From NCBI GenBank assembly GCA_963790045.1, contig CAWBMS010000007.1, positions 591,545 to 655,544 of the forward strand: a stretch of 64,000 nucleotides of DNA, written 5' to 3'. The stretch's first letter is position 1. Every line of letters begins with the position of its first letter. Below, piece after piece: positions 30,622 through 38,969 of this stretch. The notes beneath the pieces are model-generated. The model was not told where the DNA came from. It searched no databases and saw only the letters and a program-made list of their open reading frames with translations. Source of the stretch: Ignavibacteriota bacterium. GTDB lineage: Bacteria > Bacteroidota > Ignavibacteria > UBA10030. The position numbers and the translations under genes were made by a program.

Positions 30622-31704
30622 TTATCCTTTGTTCGTCTTATAGAATTCTTCCATATACTTTGCCAGCAATTCAACCGATTCCACCGGGCATGCATTGTAA
30701 ATCGAAGCGCGCATACCGCCGACAGATCGATGTCCTTTGAGGCCGAGCATTTTTTGTGCCTTGGCGCCGGCAAGGAATTTTTCTTCCAGCTCCGGTGTCG
30801 GCAGCACGAACGTAATGTTCATCAGCGAACGATCTTCTTTTGCCGTTACCGTGCCTTTGTAGAATGTCGGATATGCATCGATGACGTCGTACACAAGTTT
30901 CGCTTTTTTCTCGTTGCGCGCTTGCATTGCTTCCACGCCGCCGCCGTTGATAATCCATTTCAGCGTGCGTCCCAACACAAACAATGGCAGCGATGGCGGT
31001 GTGTTGTACAACGAACAGCCGTCGATATGCGTTTTGTATTTTAACATCGACGGAATATTTTGTTTGGCTTTTTCTGCCCATGCTTTTTTCACAACAACCA
31101 TCACAACGCCGGATGGTCCAAGATTTTTTTGTGCACCAGCATAAATGAGCGAATATTTTTTAAAGTCGCGTTTATAGCCGAGAATGTCCGACGACATGTC
31201 CGAAGCTAAGGGAATACTGCCGGTATCGGGATCGGTTTTCCATTGCGTTCCGTAAATAGTATTGTTGGATGTGATGTGTACATAATCTGCATCCGGAGAA
31301 AATTTGATATTCTTCGGGATGAACGTGAACTTTGCATCTTTCGAAGACGCAACTTCCGTTACTTCACCGAAAAGTTTTGCTTCTTTGATGGCCTTTGAAG
31401 ACCATTCGCCGGAGTTCACATAATCGGCTTTCTTGGTAAGGAAGTTCATTGGCACCATGGCAAATTGCATGCTGGCGCCGCCGCCGACAAACACCACGGC
31501 ATATTCTTCTGCGGAAAGTCCCATCAACGCAAGCGCATCGGATTGTGCATCCGTCACGACTTTCTCAAATGCTTTTTCGCGATGGCTGATTTCCATCACG
31601 GAAACGCCTAAACCATTCCAATCGACAACGGCGTCGCGGGTTTCTTCAAGCACCGGTAACGGCAGAACGGCAGGTCCAGCAAAAAAATTATGTGCACGTG
31701 GCAT
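30622..31704 (-). CDS. serC: 3-phosphoserine aminotransferase
   Basis: 360 aa. NFFAGPAVLPLPVLEE N-terminus and class-V aminotransferase layout are typical of SerC. Confidence 0.9.
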   Translation of the reverse strand: MPRAHNFFAGPAVLPLPVLEETRDAVVDWNGLGVSVMEISHREKAFEKVVTDAQSDALALMGLSAEEYAVVFVGGGASMQFAMVPMNFLTKKADYVNSGEWSSKAIKEAKLFGEVTEVASSKDAKFTFIPKNIKFSPDADYVHITSNNTIYGTQWKTDPDTGSIPLASDMSSDILGYKRDFKKYSLIYAGAQKNLGPSGVVMVVVKKAWAEKAKQNIPSMLKYKTHIDGCSLYNTPPSLPLFVLGRTLKWIINGGGVEAMQARNEKKAKLVYDVIDAYPTFYKGTVTAKEDRSLMNITFVLPTPELEEKFLAGAKAQKMLGLKGHRSVGGMRASIYNACPVESVELLAKYMEEFYKTNKG

Positions 31705-32046
31705 AGGTTACTCCTCAATCATTATTAATACAAACATTTGTTCAGCTACCTATAACATACCAATAATTTTAATATATGTCTATAGAATTTTTTGATGGGA
31801 GGATTTTAAGATGTGCAAGTGAGCGAATGGTTCGATTTATATTGGCAGGATATGCATTTTCCTCTTCCATTCTCGACGCAAACGTTGGGAACGAGATGAA
31901 AACTAAGCTGGGTTGTTTTGTTATCCAGCGATAAAAGTTGGTTGTATTTTCAAATGATTTTTCTATTGACAATAAATAGAAAATAAAGTACGTTCTGCAT
32001 AGTGCATCGGCGGGATATTTTACTGATGCAATCATTTTATAAAAGA

Positions 32047-32089
32047 TATTCTATTCTATTCTATTCTATTCTATTCTATTCTATTCTAT
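32047..32089. repeat. pentanucleotide microsatellite (TATTC)x8 plus a partial unit
   Basis: Eight perfect TATTC units (32047-32086) followed by TAT. Ends 17 nt before ATG 32107, immediately upstream of its AAGGAG ribosome-binding site. Confidence 0.95.
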
Positions 32090-32106
32090 AGAGAAGGAGA
32101 AGAAAG

Positions 32107-33231
32107 ATGACAGAGGTAAAGCTACAATCAGGCGAACAGAGCTATGTCGTTATGAAACCATGTTTATCTTTTACGTACACGTGGAAATTTATTATTCAAA
32201 AAATATTCCCGATAATAATTTTTATCTTAACTATTATATTACAACTTGGATGTAAAGATAAAATAGTCTCGCCCAAAATATCCACATGGACACAATGTCA
32301 GGGATTACCAAACCAAGATATTACTGGTTTTGTGCAAAGTGGTAACAATTTTCTTTGTGGAGCATATTGTGCAACCTGCTCAGAAGCATTTATTTATATA
32401 TCTCATGATGACGGTATCAATTGGTTATTAGATACAGTTTTTGATGTGTATAGCAAATCCTCTGTTACCCCACTTTATGTTGGAACTCCAGTCACTTTCC
32501 TTACATATGGTGGTTATGTTTTTGCTGGAATCAAAGGCGGACTTCGCAGAGGCACTATCTATCGATCATCAGATAATGGGGTTACCTGGAGCAGTAGCGG
32601 GATATCATGGCCTGAGGCTGACAGTGAGGATGTAAATTGTTTTACATATTTAGGAAATAATATTTTTGCTGGTGGTGCTGGAATATTTCTTTCGACCGAT
32701 GATGGAATATCATGGACTACTTCCAATAACGGATTGCCAACTTTAACATATGGGAGTCATTCATATACTCCTTCGGTTTCGAACATGGCAGTACAGGGTT
32801 CTAATATATTTATTGGCACGAGTTCTGGTATTTTTCTCTCATTAAACAATGGAGCTAATTGGTCAACTATTAATACTGGTTTAACAAATACAACATTAGA
32901 TATTACAGGGTTAGTCAATGTCGGATCAACAGTTGTTGCTGGAATCTGGGAAGGCGGTATTTTTAAGTCAACCAACAACGGTTTAACTTGGGTTGCATCC
33001 AATAATGGTCTACAAGATAGCACTATCGATGTTCTAGCATCTAATGGTAGAGATTACATTATTGCAAGCACAAACAAAGGACTTTTTCAATCAAACGATG
33101 CAGGCATGACATGGAACAAGGTAACAACCGGAACAATCATAGATTCTGTTTTTGTAAATACAATGATGATTATAAATACCTACCTTTTTATTGGTACACG
33201 AGGAAGTGGGGCTTGGCGTTATCCTCTTTAA
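32107..33231 (+). CDS. BNR/Asp-box repeat beta-propeller lipoprotein
   Basis: AAGGAG 8 nt upstream. Lipobox-like ILQLGC. Six SxDxGxTW-type repeats (SHDDGINW, SSDNGVTW, STDDGISW, SLNNGANW, STNNGLTW, SNDAGMTW). Confidence 0.7.
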   Translation: MTEVKLQSGEQSYVVMKPCLSFTYTWKFIIQKIFPIIIFILTIILQLGCKDKIVSPKISTWTQCQGLPNQDITGFVQSGNNFLCGAYCATCSEAFIYISHDDGINWLLDTVFDVYSKSSVTPLYVGTPVTFLTYGGYVFAGIKGGLRRGTIYRSSDNGVTWSSSGISWPEADSEDVNCFTYLGNNIFAGGAGIFLSTDDGISWTTSNNGLPTLTYGSHSYTPSVSNMAVQGSNIFIGTSSGIFLSLNNGANWSTINTGLTNTTLDITGLVNVGSTVVAGIWEGGIFKSTNNGLTWVASNNGLQDSTIDVLASNGRDYIIASTNKGLFQSNDAGMTWNKVTTGTIIDSVFVNTMMIINTYLFIGTRGSGAWRYPL

Positions 33232-33435
33232 TAATGGTAGGGAAGAATTATAAATAGTCGACCCTTAATAAGTCATTTCCAAGCATTGACCAGACAAAAA
33301 AGCAGAACAATAATGGATTAACTTACGGTCAATGCAATTTCTATGATAAATTCTCGTGGTTTTGTTGGGACCGAATCGGGAGCATGGTTTCGTTAGGTTA
33401 TTAAATAAACAGTCAATATACGGAAGGAGGATATT

Positions 33436-33483
33436 ATGGATAAAATGATATAACTATGGGAAGTGTTGCTGCACTTCCCATAG
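33436..33483 (+). promoter_or_regulatory. five-codon mini-ORF with strong SD followed directly by a 12-bp hairpin
   Basis: GGAAGGAGGA-N5-ATG GAT AAA ATG ATA TAA (33436-33453), then CTATGGGAAGTG-ttgctg-CACTTCCCATAG (33454-33483). Lies 115 nt upstream of the S53 peptidase start. Confidence 0.3.
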
Positions 33484-33597
33484 CATTAATAACAAATAAA
33501 TTGAGTTCTGTGATTAAACCACTTTTTGTGGATAATAATGCTCTTTTTATTTGCACTATAAATATATACTAATTTGCAAACATTAAAAGGAAATATT

Positions 33598-36000
33598 ATG
33601 AAAAAGAAAATTGTAAAATATAGTATTATGATAACATGTTTATTTTTGATGAACATCCTTAATATAGCACAAGGACATCAAATATTACATGGGCATATTC
33701 CGCCAGTAATAGCAAAACTCGGATTAAAACCAATATCAAGAGTAGATAGCACCAGTCAGTTACATTTTGATATAACACTGCCTCTGCGGAATCAGGATAA
33801 ACTCACGAATCTACTTAAAAATATTTACGATCCGACAAACTCAAATTATCAGCATTATCTTACGGTTGAACAATTCACTGAACAATTCGGACCAACAGAT
33901 GAAGACTATCAATCTGTTGTCGACTATATAAAAGAAAACGGATTGTCGGTCGAAAACACAACCCCCAATAAAATGCTTATTCAGGTTAGCGGAACAGTTG
34001 CAAATATTGAAAAAGCATTTCATTCTAAAATAAATATATATCAACACCCCAAAGAAGCACGAACATTTTTTGCTTTGGAAACAGACCCTTCACTGAACCT
34101 GAATATATCAATATTGAGTATTGGTGGGTTGACCAATTATTATCGTACTCGACCTCACGTTCGCCATACTCATATTGTCAATGGACAGAATTCAGGAAAT
34201 ATTGGCTCTGGTTATGGCGGAGCATATGCTAGTTACGATTTCAGAAATGCTTATGCACCCAATGTAACTCTTACTGGTTCAGGACAAACAGTTGGAATTG
34301 TTGCCTTTGATGGGTTCGCACAGAGTGATATTACTTACTATGAAACTCATGCAAAACCTGCCTTACCAAATGTTACAATCACTCCTGTATTATTAGGGAA
34401 TTTTAATGGTCTACCTATTGGAGTAAGTGATTATGACCAAGAGGTTTGTCTTGATATTGAAATGGCAATATCTATGGCACCTGGTTTATTTAAAGTATTA
34501 GTTTATGAAGGCAATCCAGATTCCGTCTTATATCCATCTGCTTGGCATACATTACTAAATCGTATGGCTACTGATAATTTGGCAAAGCAATTAAGTTGTT
34601 CATGGTTTATCCCAGGTGGAACTGCTGACCCAGCAGCCGAACAAATATTTCTTGAAATGGCGGCTCAAGGTCAATCATTTTTTAATGCATCTGGTGATGA
34701 TGATGCTTATACTGGATTGATTGATTGGCCGGGTGATTCACCTAATATTACACAAGTAGGAGGAACGACATTGACCACTTCAAGTGCTGGGGGCTCATAT
34801 TCATCTGAAACTGTCTGGAATTGGGATGTTGAATATGGTTCATCTTATAATGGTCAAGGTAGTGGCGGTGGAATAAGCACTCAATATTCCATTCCAAGTT
34901 GGCAGAGTAGTGTTAGCATGACTAATAATCAAGGATCTTCGACAATGCGTAATATTCCAGATGTTTCACTGACCGCTGATAATGTTTACGTTCGATGTAC
35001 TACTTTTCAAGATAATATTATTGGTTACGATTGGATCGTTGGTGGGACGAGTTGTGCAGCTCCACTTTGGGCTGGATTGGTTGCATTAGCCAATCAACAA
35101 GCAATCTCATTGGGTAAAAACCCGATAGGATCTATTAATAGTATTATTTATACGGCTGGCAAAAGTAGTGCTTATAATTATTATTTTCATGATATTCAAT
35201 CTGGAAATAACGAATGGACTGGCAGTCCTACAAAATTTTCTGCTGTTAAAGGGTACGATCTTTGTACTGGTTGGGGAACACCAACAGGTAAAAATACCAT
35301 TAATCTTCTTTCCGGCGCGAATCTATCTGCAACAATCACAGGCCCAACATATCTAAAATTAAATCAAACTGGTACATATACGGTAACTGCTTCCTATGGA
35401 TTTCCATCATATAATTATCAATGGTACAAAATGGAAGTTGGTAATAGTGCAGCCATAGCAACAGCATCATCCGTCAAACCGAATTTATACCCCGTAAATG
35501 TTTGGATGGCAGTTGGTTCAAATAGTACTACAATTAATCTTTCTGATGTTCAAAATTTTGATGTCAAATGTGTCGTCACCGATGCTAATAATACAAGTGT
35601 GACTTCAAACATAATATATGTAAGTGTAGGGAGTTTTTCAGCATCAACAGTTGCTTCCAATTCTTCTTCATCCGAAGTGGCACAAAAGAATATAGTTGAT
35701 GACGACAAAACTACTAACGCTAATTTTTCTGTAATTCAGAACTATCCCAATCCGTTCAACCCGACAACGACCATCAGCTATCAACTTCCTTCGAGTGCGC
35801 GAATAACATTAAAAGTATTCGATGTGCTCAGCAGAGAAGTTGCCGTGTTAGTCAACGGAATGAAAGATGCCGGCTCCTACACCGCGACCTTCGATGGTTC
35901 ACGTCTTGCCAGCGGTATGTATTTTGCGCGGATGATTGTCAATCCATCAGACGGCAGTAAACAGATCGTGCAAGTGAAAAAAATGTTGATGCTCAAGTAA
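33598..36000 (+). CDS. S53 (sedolisin/kumamolisin-like) serine peptidase with T9SS C-terminal sorting domain
   Basis: Signal peptide. Pro-kumamolisin-type propeptide (SQLHFDITLPLRNQDKL...YLTVEQFTEQFGP). Catalytic GGTSCAAPLWAG. C-terminal QNYPNPFNPTTTISYQLP...KMLMLK. ATG 33598 preferred over TTG 33574. Confidence 0.85.
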   Translation: MKKKIVKYSIMITCLFLMNILNIAQGHQILHGHIPPVIAKLGLKPISRVDSTSQLHFDITLPLRNQDKLTNLLKNIYDPTNSNYQHYLTVEQFTEQFGPTDEDYQSVVDYIKENGLSVENTTPNKMLIQVSGTVANIEKAFHSKINIYQHPKEARTFFALETDPSLNLNISILSIGGLTNYYRTRPHVRHTHIVNGQNSGNIGSGYGGAYASYDFRNAYAPNVTLTGSGQTVGIVAFDGFAQSDITYYETHAKPALPNVTITPVLLGNFNGLPIGVSDYDQEVCLDIEMAISMAPGLFKVLVYEGNPDSVLYPSAWHTLLNRMATDNLAKQLSCSWFIPGGTADPAAEQIFLEMAAQGQSFFNASGDDDAYTGLIDWPGDSPNITQVGGTTLTTSSAGGSYSSETVWNWDVEYGSSYNGQGSGGGISTQYSIPSWQSSVSMTNNQGSSTMRNIPDVSLTADNVYVRCTTFQDNIIGYDWIVGGTSCAAPLWAGLVALANQQAISLGKNPIGSINSIIYTAGKSSAYNYYFHDIQSGNNEWTGSPTKFSAVKGYDLCTGWGTPTGKNTINLLSGANLSATITGPTYLKLNQTGTYTVTASYGFPSYNYQWYKMEVGNSAAIATASSVKPNLYPVNVWMAVGSNSTTINLSDVQNFDVKCVVTDANNTSVTSNIIYVSVGSFSASTVASNSSSSEVAQKNIVDDDKTTNANFSVIQNYPNPFNPTTTISYQLPSSARITLKVFDVLSREVAVLVNGMKDAGSYTATFDGSRLASGMYFARMIVNPSDGSKQIVQVKKMLMLK

Positions 36001-36251
36001 ACGGTAAAAGGTAGATGGCAGAGGAAGGGGCGGTTGGAGAATAGTTTGTAATGCACGTTGTGCGCAATATTTTATGCCTCCGGCTGCCCTTATTTATTAA
36101 AAATGTTAGGAAATTAATAGCGCAAGTTGATGCTTATTCCTTTTTTTACTATAATATCTGTATCTCGCAGGCAGAGATAACCCTGTTCTAACAGATAACA
36201 AAACAACATCCACCGAATCATACATTCACATTTAATGAAACGGAGACTACA

Positions 36252-37160
36252 ATGAAGATACTTATCACCGACGGCATTTCGCCGGAAGGCGCAAAAATTT
36301 TGACCGATGCCGGTCATCAAGTCGATCAAATTTCTCTTAAGCCCGATGAATTATTGCAGAAGATCGGCGGATACGATTGTCTTGTTGTTCGATCAGCAAC
36401 CAAAGTCACGAAAGAAGTGATCGAAGCCGGAAAAAACTTGAAGGTCGTTGCGCGCGGCGGCGTGGGATTAGACAATATCGATGTTACCTTTGCAAAAGAA
36501 AAAGGGTTAAAAGTATTGAACACGCCGGCTGCATCATCTATTTCGGTTGCTGAATTAGCGTTTGCACACATGCTGGCACTCTCGCGATTTCTCAATGTCA
36601 GCACGACGGATTTGCGAGAAGGAAAGTGGCCGAAGAAAGAATACAGCAAAGGCATCGAGCTGTATAAAAAGAATTTAGGGATTTTAGGTTTCGGCAACAT
36701 CGGAAAAGAAGTGGCGCGGCGCGGTTCAGCGTTCGGCATGCATGTGCTAGCGTACGATCCGCTGCTTTCGCCGTTGAATTACGATGTAGAAATCACCACG
36801 AAAGAAAAAGTGTTGGCGAACGCAGATTTTATTTCACTGCATCTTCCGTTAGATAAAAAGGCCGGGCCGGTCATCGGAAAAAAAGAAATTGATGCGATGA
36901 AAAAAGGTGTCGTGCTGATCAATTGCGCACGCGGCGGTGTTGTCGATGAAACTGCACTGCTGGAAGGGTTGAACAGCGGAAAAATTGGTGCCGCCGGTCT
37001 GGATGTTTTTACGACCGAACCACCGACCGATGCACAAAAAGCATTGATCGCTCATCCGCGCGTCAGTGTCTCGCCGCATATCGGCGGTTCGACGGTGGAA
37101 GCGCAAGACCGCGTCGGAATCGAAATTGCGGAAAAAATTAATGAAGCATTTGCCGCATAA
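36252..37160 (+). CDS. serA: D-3-phosphoglycerate dehydrogenase-like 2-hydroxyacid dehydrogenase (short form)
   Basis: GILGFGNIGKEVARR NAD-binding motif, INCARGGVVDE, and a catalytic His in SPHIGGST. 302 aa. Followed by DUF1015, as in FCB serine-biosynthesis loci. Confidence 0.75.
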   Translation: MKILITDGISPEGAKILTDAGHQVDQISLKPDELLQKIGGYDCLVVRSATKVTKEVIEAGKNLKVVARGGVGLDNIDVTFAKEKGLKVLNTPAASSISVAELAFAHMLALSRFLNVSTTDLREGKWPKKEYSKGIELYKKNLGILGFGNIGKEVARRGSAFGMHVLAYDPLLSPLNYDVEITTKEKVLANADFISLHLPLDKKAGPVIGKKEIDAMKKGVVLINCARGGVVDETALLEGLNSGKIGAAGLDVFTTEPPTDAQKALIAHPRVSVSPHIGGSTVEAQDRVGIEIAEKINEAFAA

Positions 37161-37175
37161 GTGATTCTGTAATTT

Positions 37176-38417
37176 ATGTCAACTATTCGTCCGTTTCAAG
37201 CATTTCGCCCGCGACCGGAACTCGCGGGCGAAGTTGCTTCCAGGCCTTACGATGTTCTGGATTCCGAAGAAGCACGTCACGAAGTTCAAGGCCATCCATA
37301 TTCATTTCTTCACGTCGGTAAACCGGAAGTCGATCTCGATCCTGTTGTCGATTTGCACGATCCGCGCGTGTATCAACAGGGAAAAGAAAATCTTCAGAAA
37401 TTAATTTCTGAAAATATTCTGGTGGAAGATGCTGTTCCTTCATTGTATGTGTATGCGCAAACGATGGGCACACACACACAGTTTGGATTAGTCGGCTGTG
37501 CTTCGGTGGAAGAATACGGAAAAGAAATTATCAAAAAACATGAATTCACACACAAAGATAAAGAAGATGACCGCTGTGAACATGTGCGCGTGACCAATGC
37601 ACATTCCGGCCCGATTTTTTTAACGTACCGGGATAATAAAGAAATCGATGCAATTGTTTCCGGCGTTACCGCACAATCACCGGAAAACGATCACATTGCG
37701 GCTGATGGCGTTCGTCATCAATGCTGGGTGATAAAAGATTCTGCAACGATTCAAAACATTGTTTCCATTTTCCAAACAATTCCATTCTTATATATTGCCG
37801 ATGGACATCATCGTTCGGCAGCAGCATATCGAGTTGGAACGGAACGAGCGAAAGCGAACCCGCAGCATCGTGGCGATGAAGAATATAATTTCTTCCTTGC
37901 CGTGTATTTCCCTTCAAGTCAGTTGCGGATTATGGATTATAATCGAGTCGTGAAAGATTTGAACGGATTGGAAAGCGGAGAATTTTTTGCAAAACTTCAA
38001 GAACGTTTTACGATACAGAAATCGGAACGCGCTGTTCATCCATCGAGAAAAAATGAATTCGGTTTATATCTTGATCATCAATGGTACACGTTGACGGCGG
38101 AGAAAACCATACAAGCAATGAACGATCCATTTGATCGATTGGATGTTTCCGTTCTCCAAAAATATGTTCTCGATCCGATTCTCGGTATTCACGATCCACG
38201 AACGGATAAGCGCATCGATTTTGTCGGCGGCATTCGAGGATTGAAAGAATTGGAACGCCGTGTCGATTCCGGAGAAATGAAGGTTGCATTCAGCATGTTC
38301 CCGACTTCGCTCGATGAATTGATGGCGATTGCCGACAATAACAAAGTGATGCCGCCAAAATCCACATGGTTCGAGCCGAAACTGCGTGACGGGTTGTTTG
38401 TGCATTTTTTGGATTAA
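37176..38417 (+). CDS. DUF1015 domain-containing protein
   Basis: IRPFQAFRPRPELAGEVASRPYDVLDSEEAR N-terminus and IADGHHRSAAA motif are typical of DUF1015. 413 aa. Confidence 0.8.
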   Translation: MSTIRPFQAFRPRPELAGEVASRPYDVLDSEEARHEVQGHPYSFLHVGKPEVDLDPVVDLHDPRVYQQGKENLQKLISENILVEDAVPSLYVYAQTMGTHTQFGLVGCASVEEYGKEIIKKHEFTHKDKEDDRCEHVRVTNAHSGPIFLTYRDNKEIDAIVSGVTAQSPENDHIAADGVRHQCWVIKDSATIQNIVSIFQTIPFLYIADGHHRSAAAYRVGTERAKANPQHRGDEEYNFFLAVYFPSSQLRIMDYNRVVKDLNGLESGEFFAKLQERFTIQKSERAVHPSRKNEFGLYLDHQWYTLTAEKTIQAMNDPFDRLDVSVLQKYVLDPILGIHDPRTDKRIDFVGGIRGLKELERRVDSGEMKVAFSMFPTSLDELMAIADNNKVMPPKSTWFEPKLRDGLFVHFLD

Positions 38418-38435
38418 AGTGTTGATCGTGTTATA

Positions 38436-38470
38436 AAAAGAAAAAGGCGGATGATGAGTCCGCCTTTTCT
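38436..38470. terminator. bidirectional rho-independent terminator
   Basis: AAGGCGGA-tgatgag-TCCGCCTT flanked by an A-run upstream and a T-run downstream. Lies between the convergent DUF1015 gene (stop 38417) and the minus-strand operon (stop 38497). Confidence 0.75.
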
Positions 38471-38496
38471 GTATTTCAATTTCAGAAAATTTTAAA

Positions 38497-38811
38497 TCAA
38501 CTGCTTAAATACGTAATAGAAGTTTTTCCCGTTTCTTGTGATGAAGGGATGGAGACGGGTGTAACTTTATCGGTCGTCAATTGCAGGACATTGGTCGATT
38601 TTACGTTTTTTGAATCCACAACAACAAGAATATTCCCTGTGCCAAGGAGATTGAGGGTTTGAGCTGAAACGATTTTGGTCTTTGCAATTTCAAGAGTCAT
38701 GGAGGGAATCACCGTAGCAGTTACCATCGCAGCTGCCTTTTTTTGTGCGTGTACTTCCGGTATCATCGAAAAGAGTAAAAGTACACTTAATATTATCTTC
38801 ATCGTTCTCAT
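38497..38811 (-). CDS. small secreted protein, last gene of the fimbrial-like operon
   Basis: 104 aa with signal peptide MKIILSVLLLFSMIPEVHA-QKK. Thr/Ser/Val-rich, beta-like. No family recognised and it lacks the C-terminal WxGG...YTG motif of the upstream subunits. Confidence 0.4.
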   Translation of the reverse strand: MRTMKIILSVLLLFSMIPEVHAQKKAAAMVTATVIPSMTLEIAKTKIVSAQTLNLLGTGNILVVVDSKNVKSTNVLQLTTDKVTPVSIPSSQETGKTSITYLSS

Positions 38812-38969
38812 ACCAGATGAATCTGCGAGAACAATGCCAAGCCGTTAAGTTATATTCGTAAAAACAAGATTCCTTTAACTTTAACGAATACAACACGTTA
38901 TAGTAATATTAAAGAATAAGAATGGTTGTCTTATTAACTTAACGGCTGTAATTTCTACAAAAGAATGTA

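Noticed and set aside
31769-32035. An 88-aa minus-strand ORF in the serC to BNR-lipoprotein intergenic region.
   Set aside because: It is AT-rich with no RBS or family motif, and it occupies the divergent promoter region. It is most likely non-coding.
38360-38380. tRNA-like TGGTTCGAGCC string. The window was also scanned more generally for tRNA, rRNA or tmRNA genes.
   Set aside because: The string lies inside the DUF1015 coding frame and no cloverleaf arms surround it. I found no other T-loop-like GGTTCGAATCC motifs or rRNA-like conserved blocks by eye. A tRNAscan/Infernal run would be decisive.
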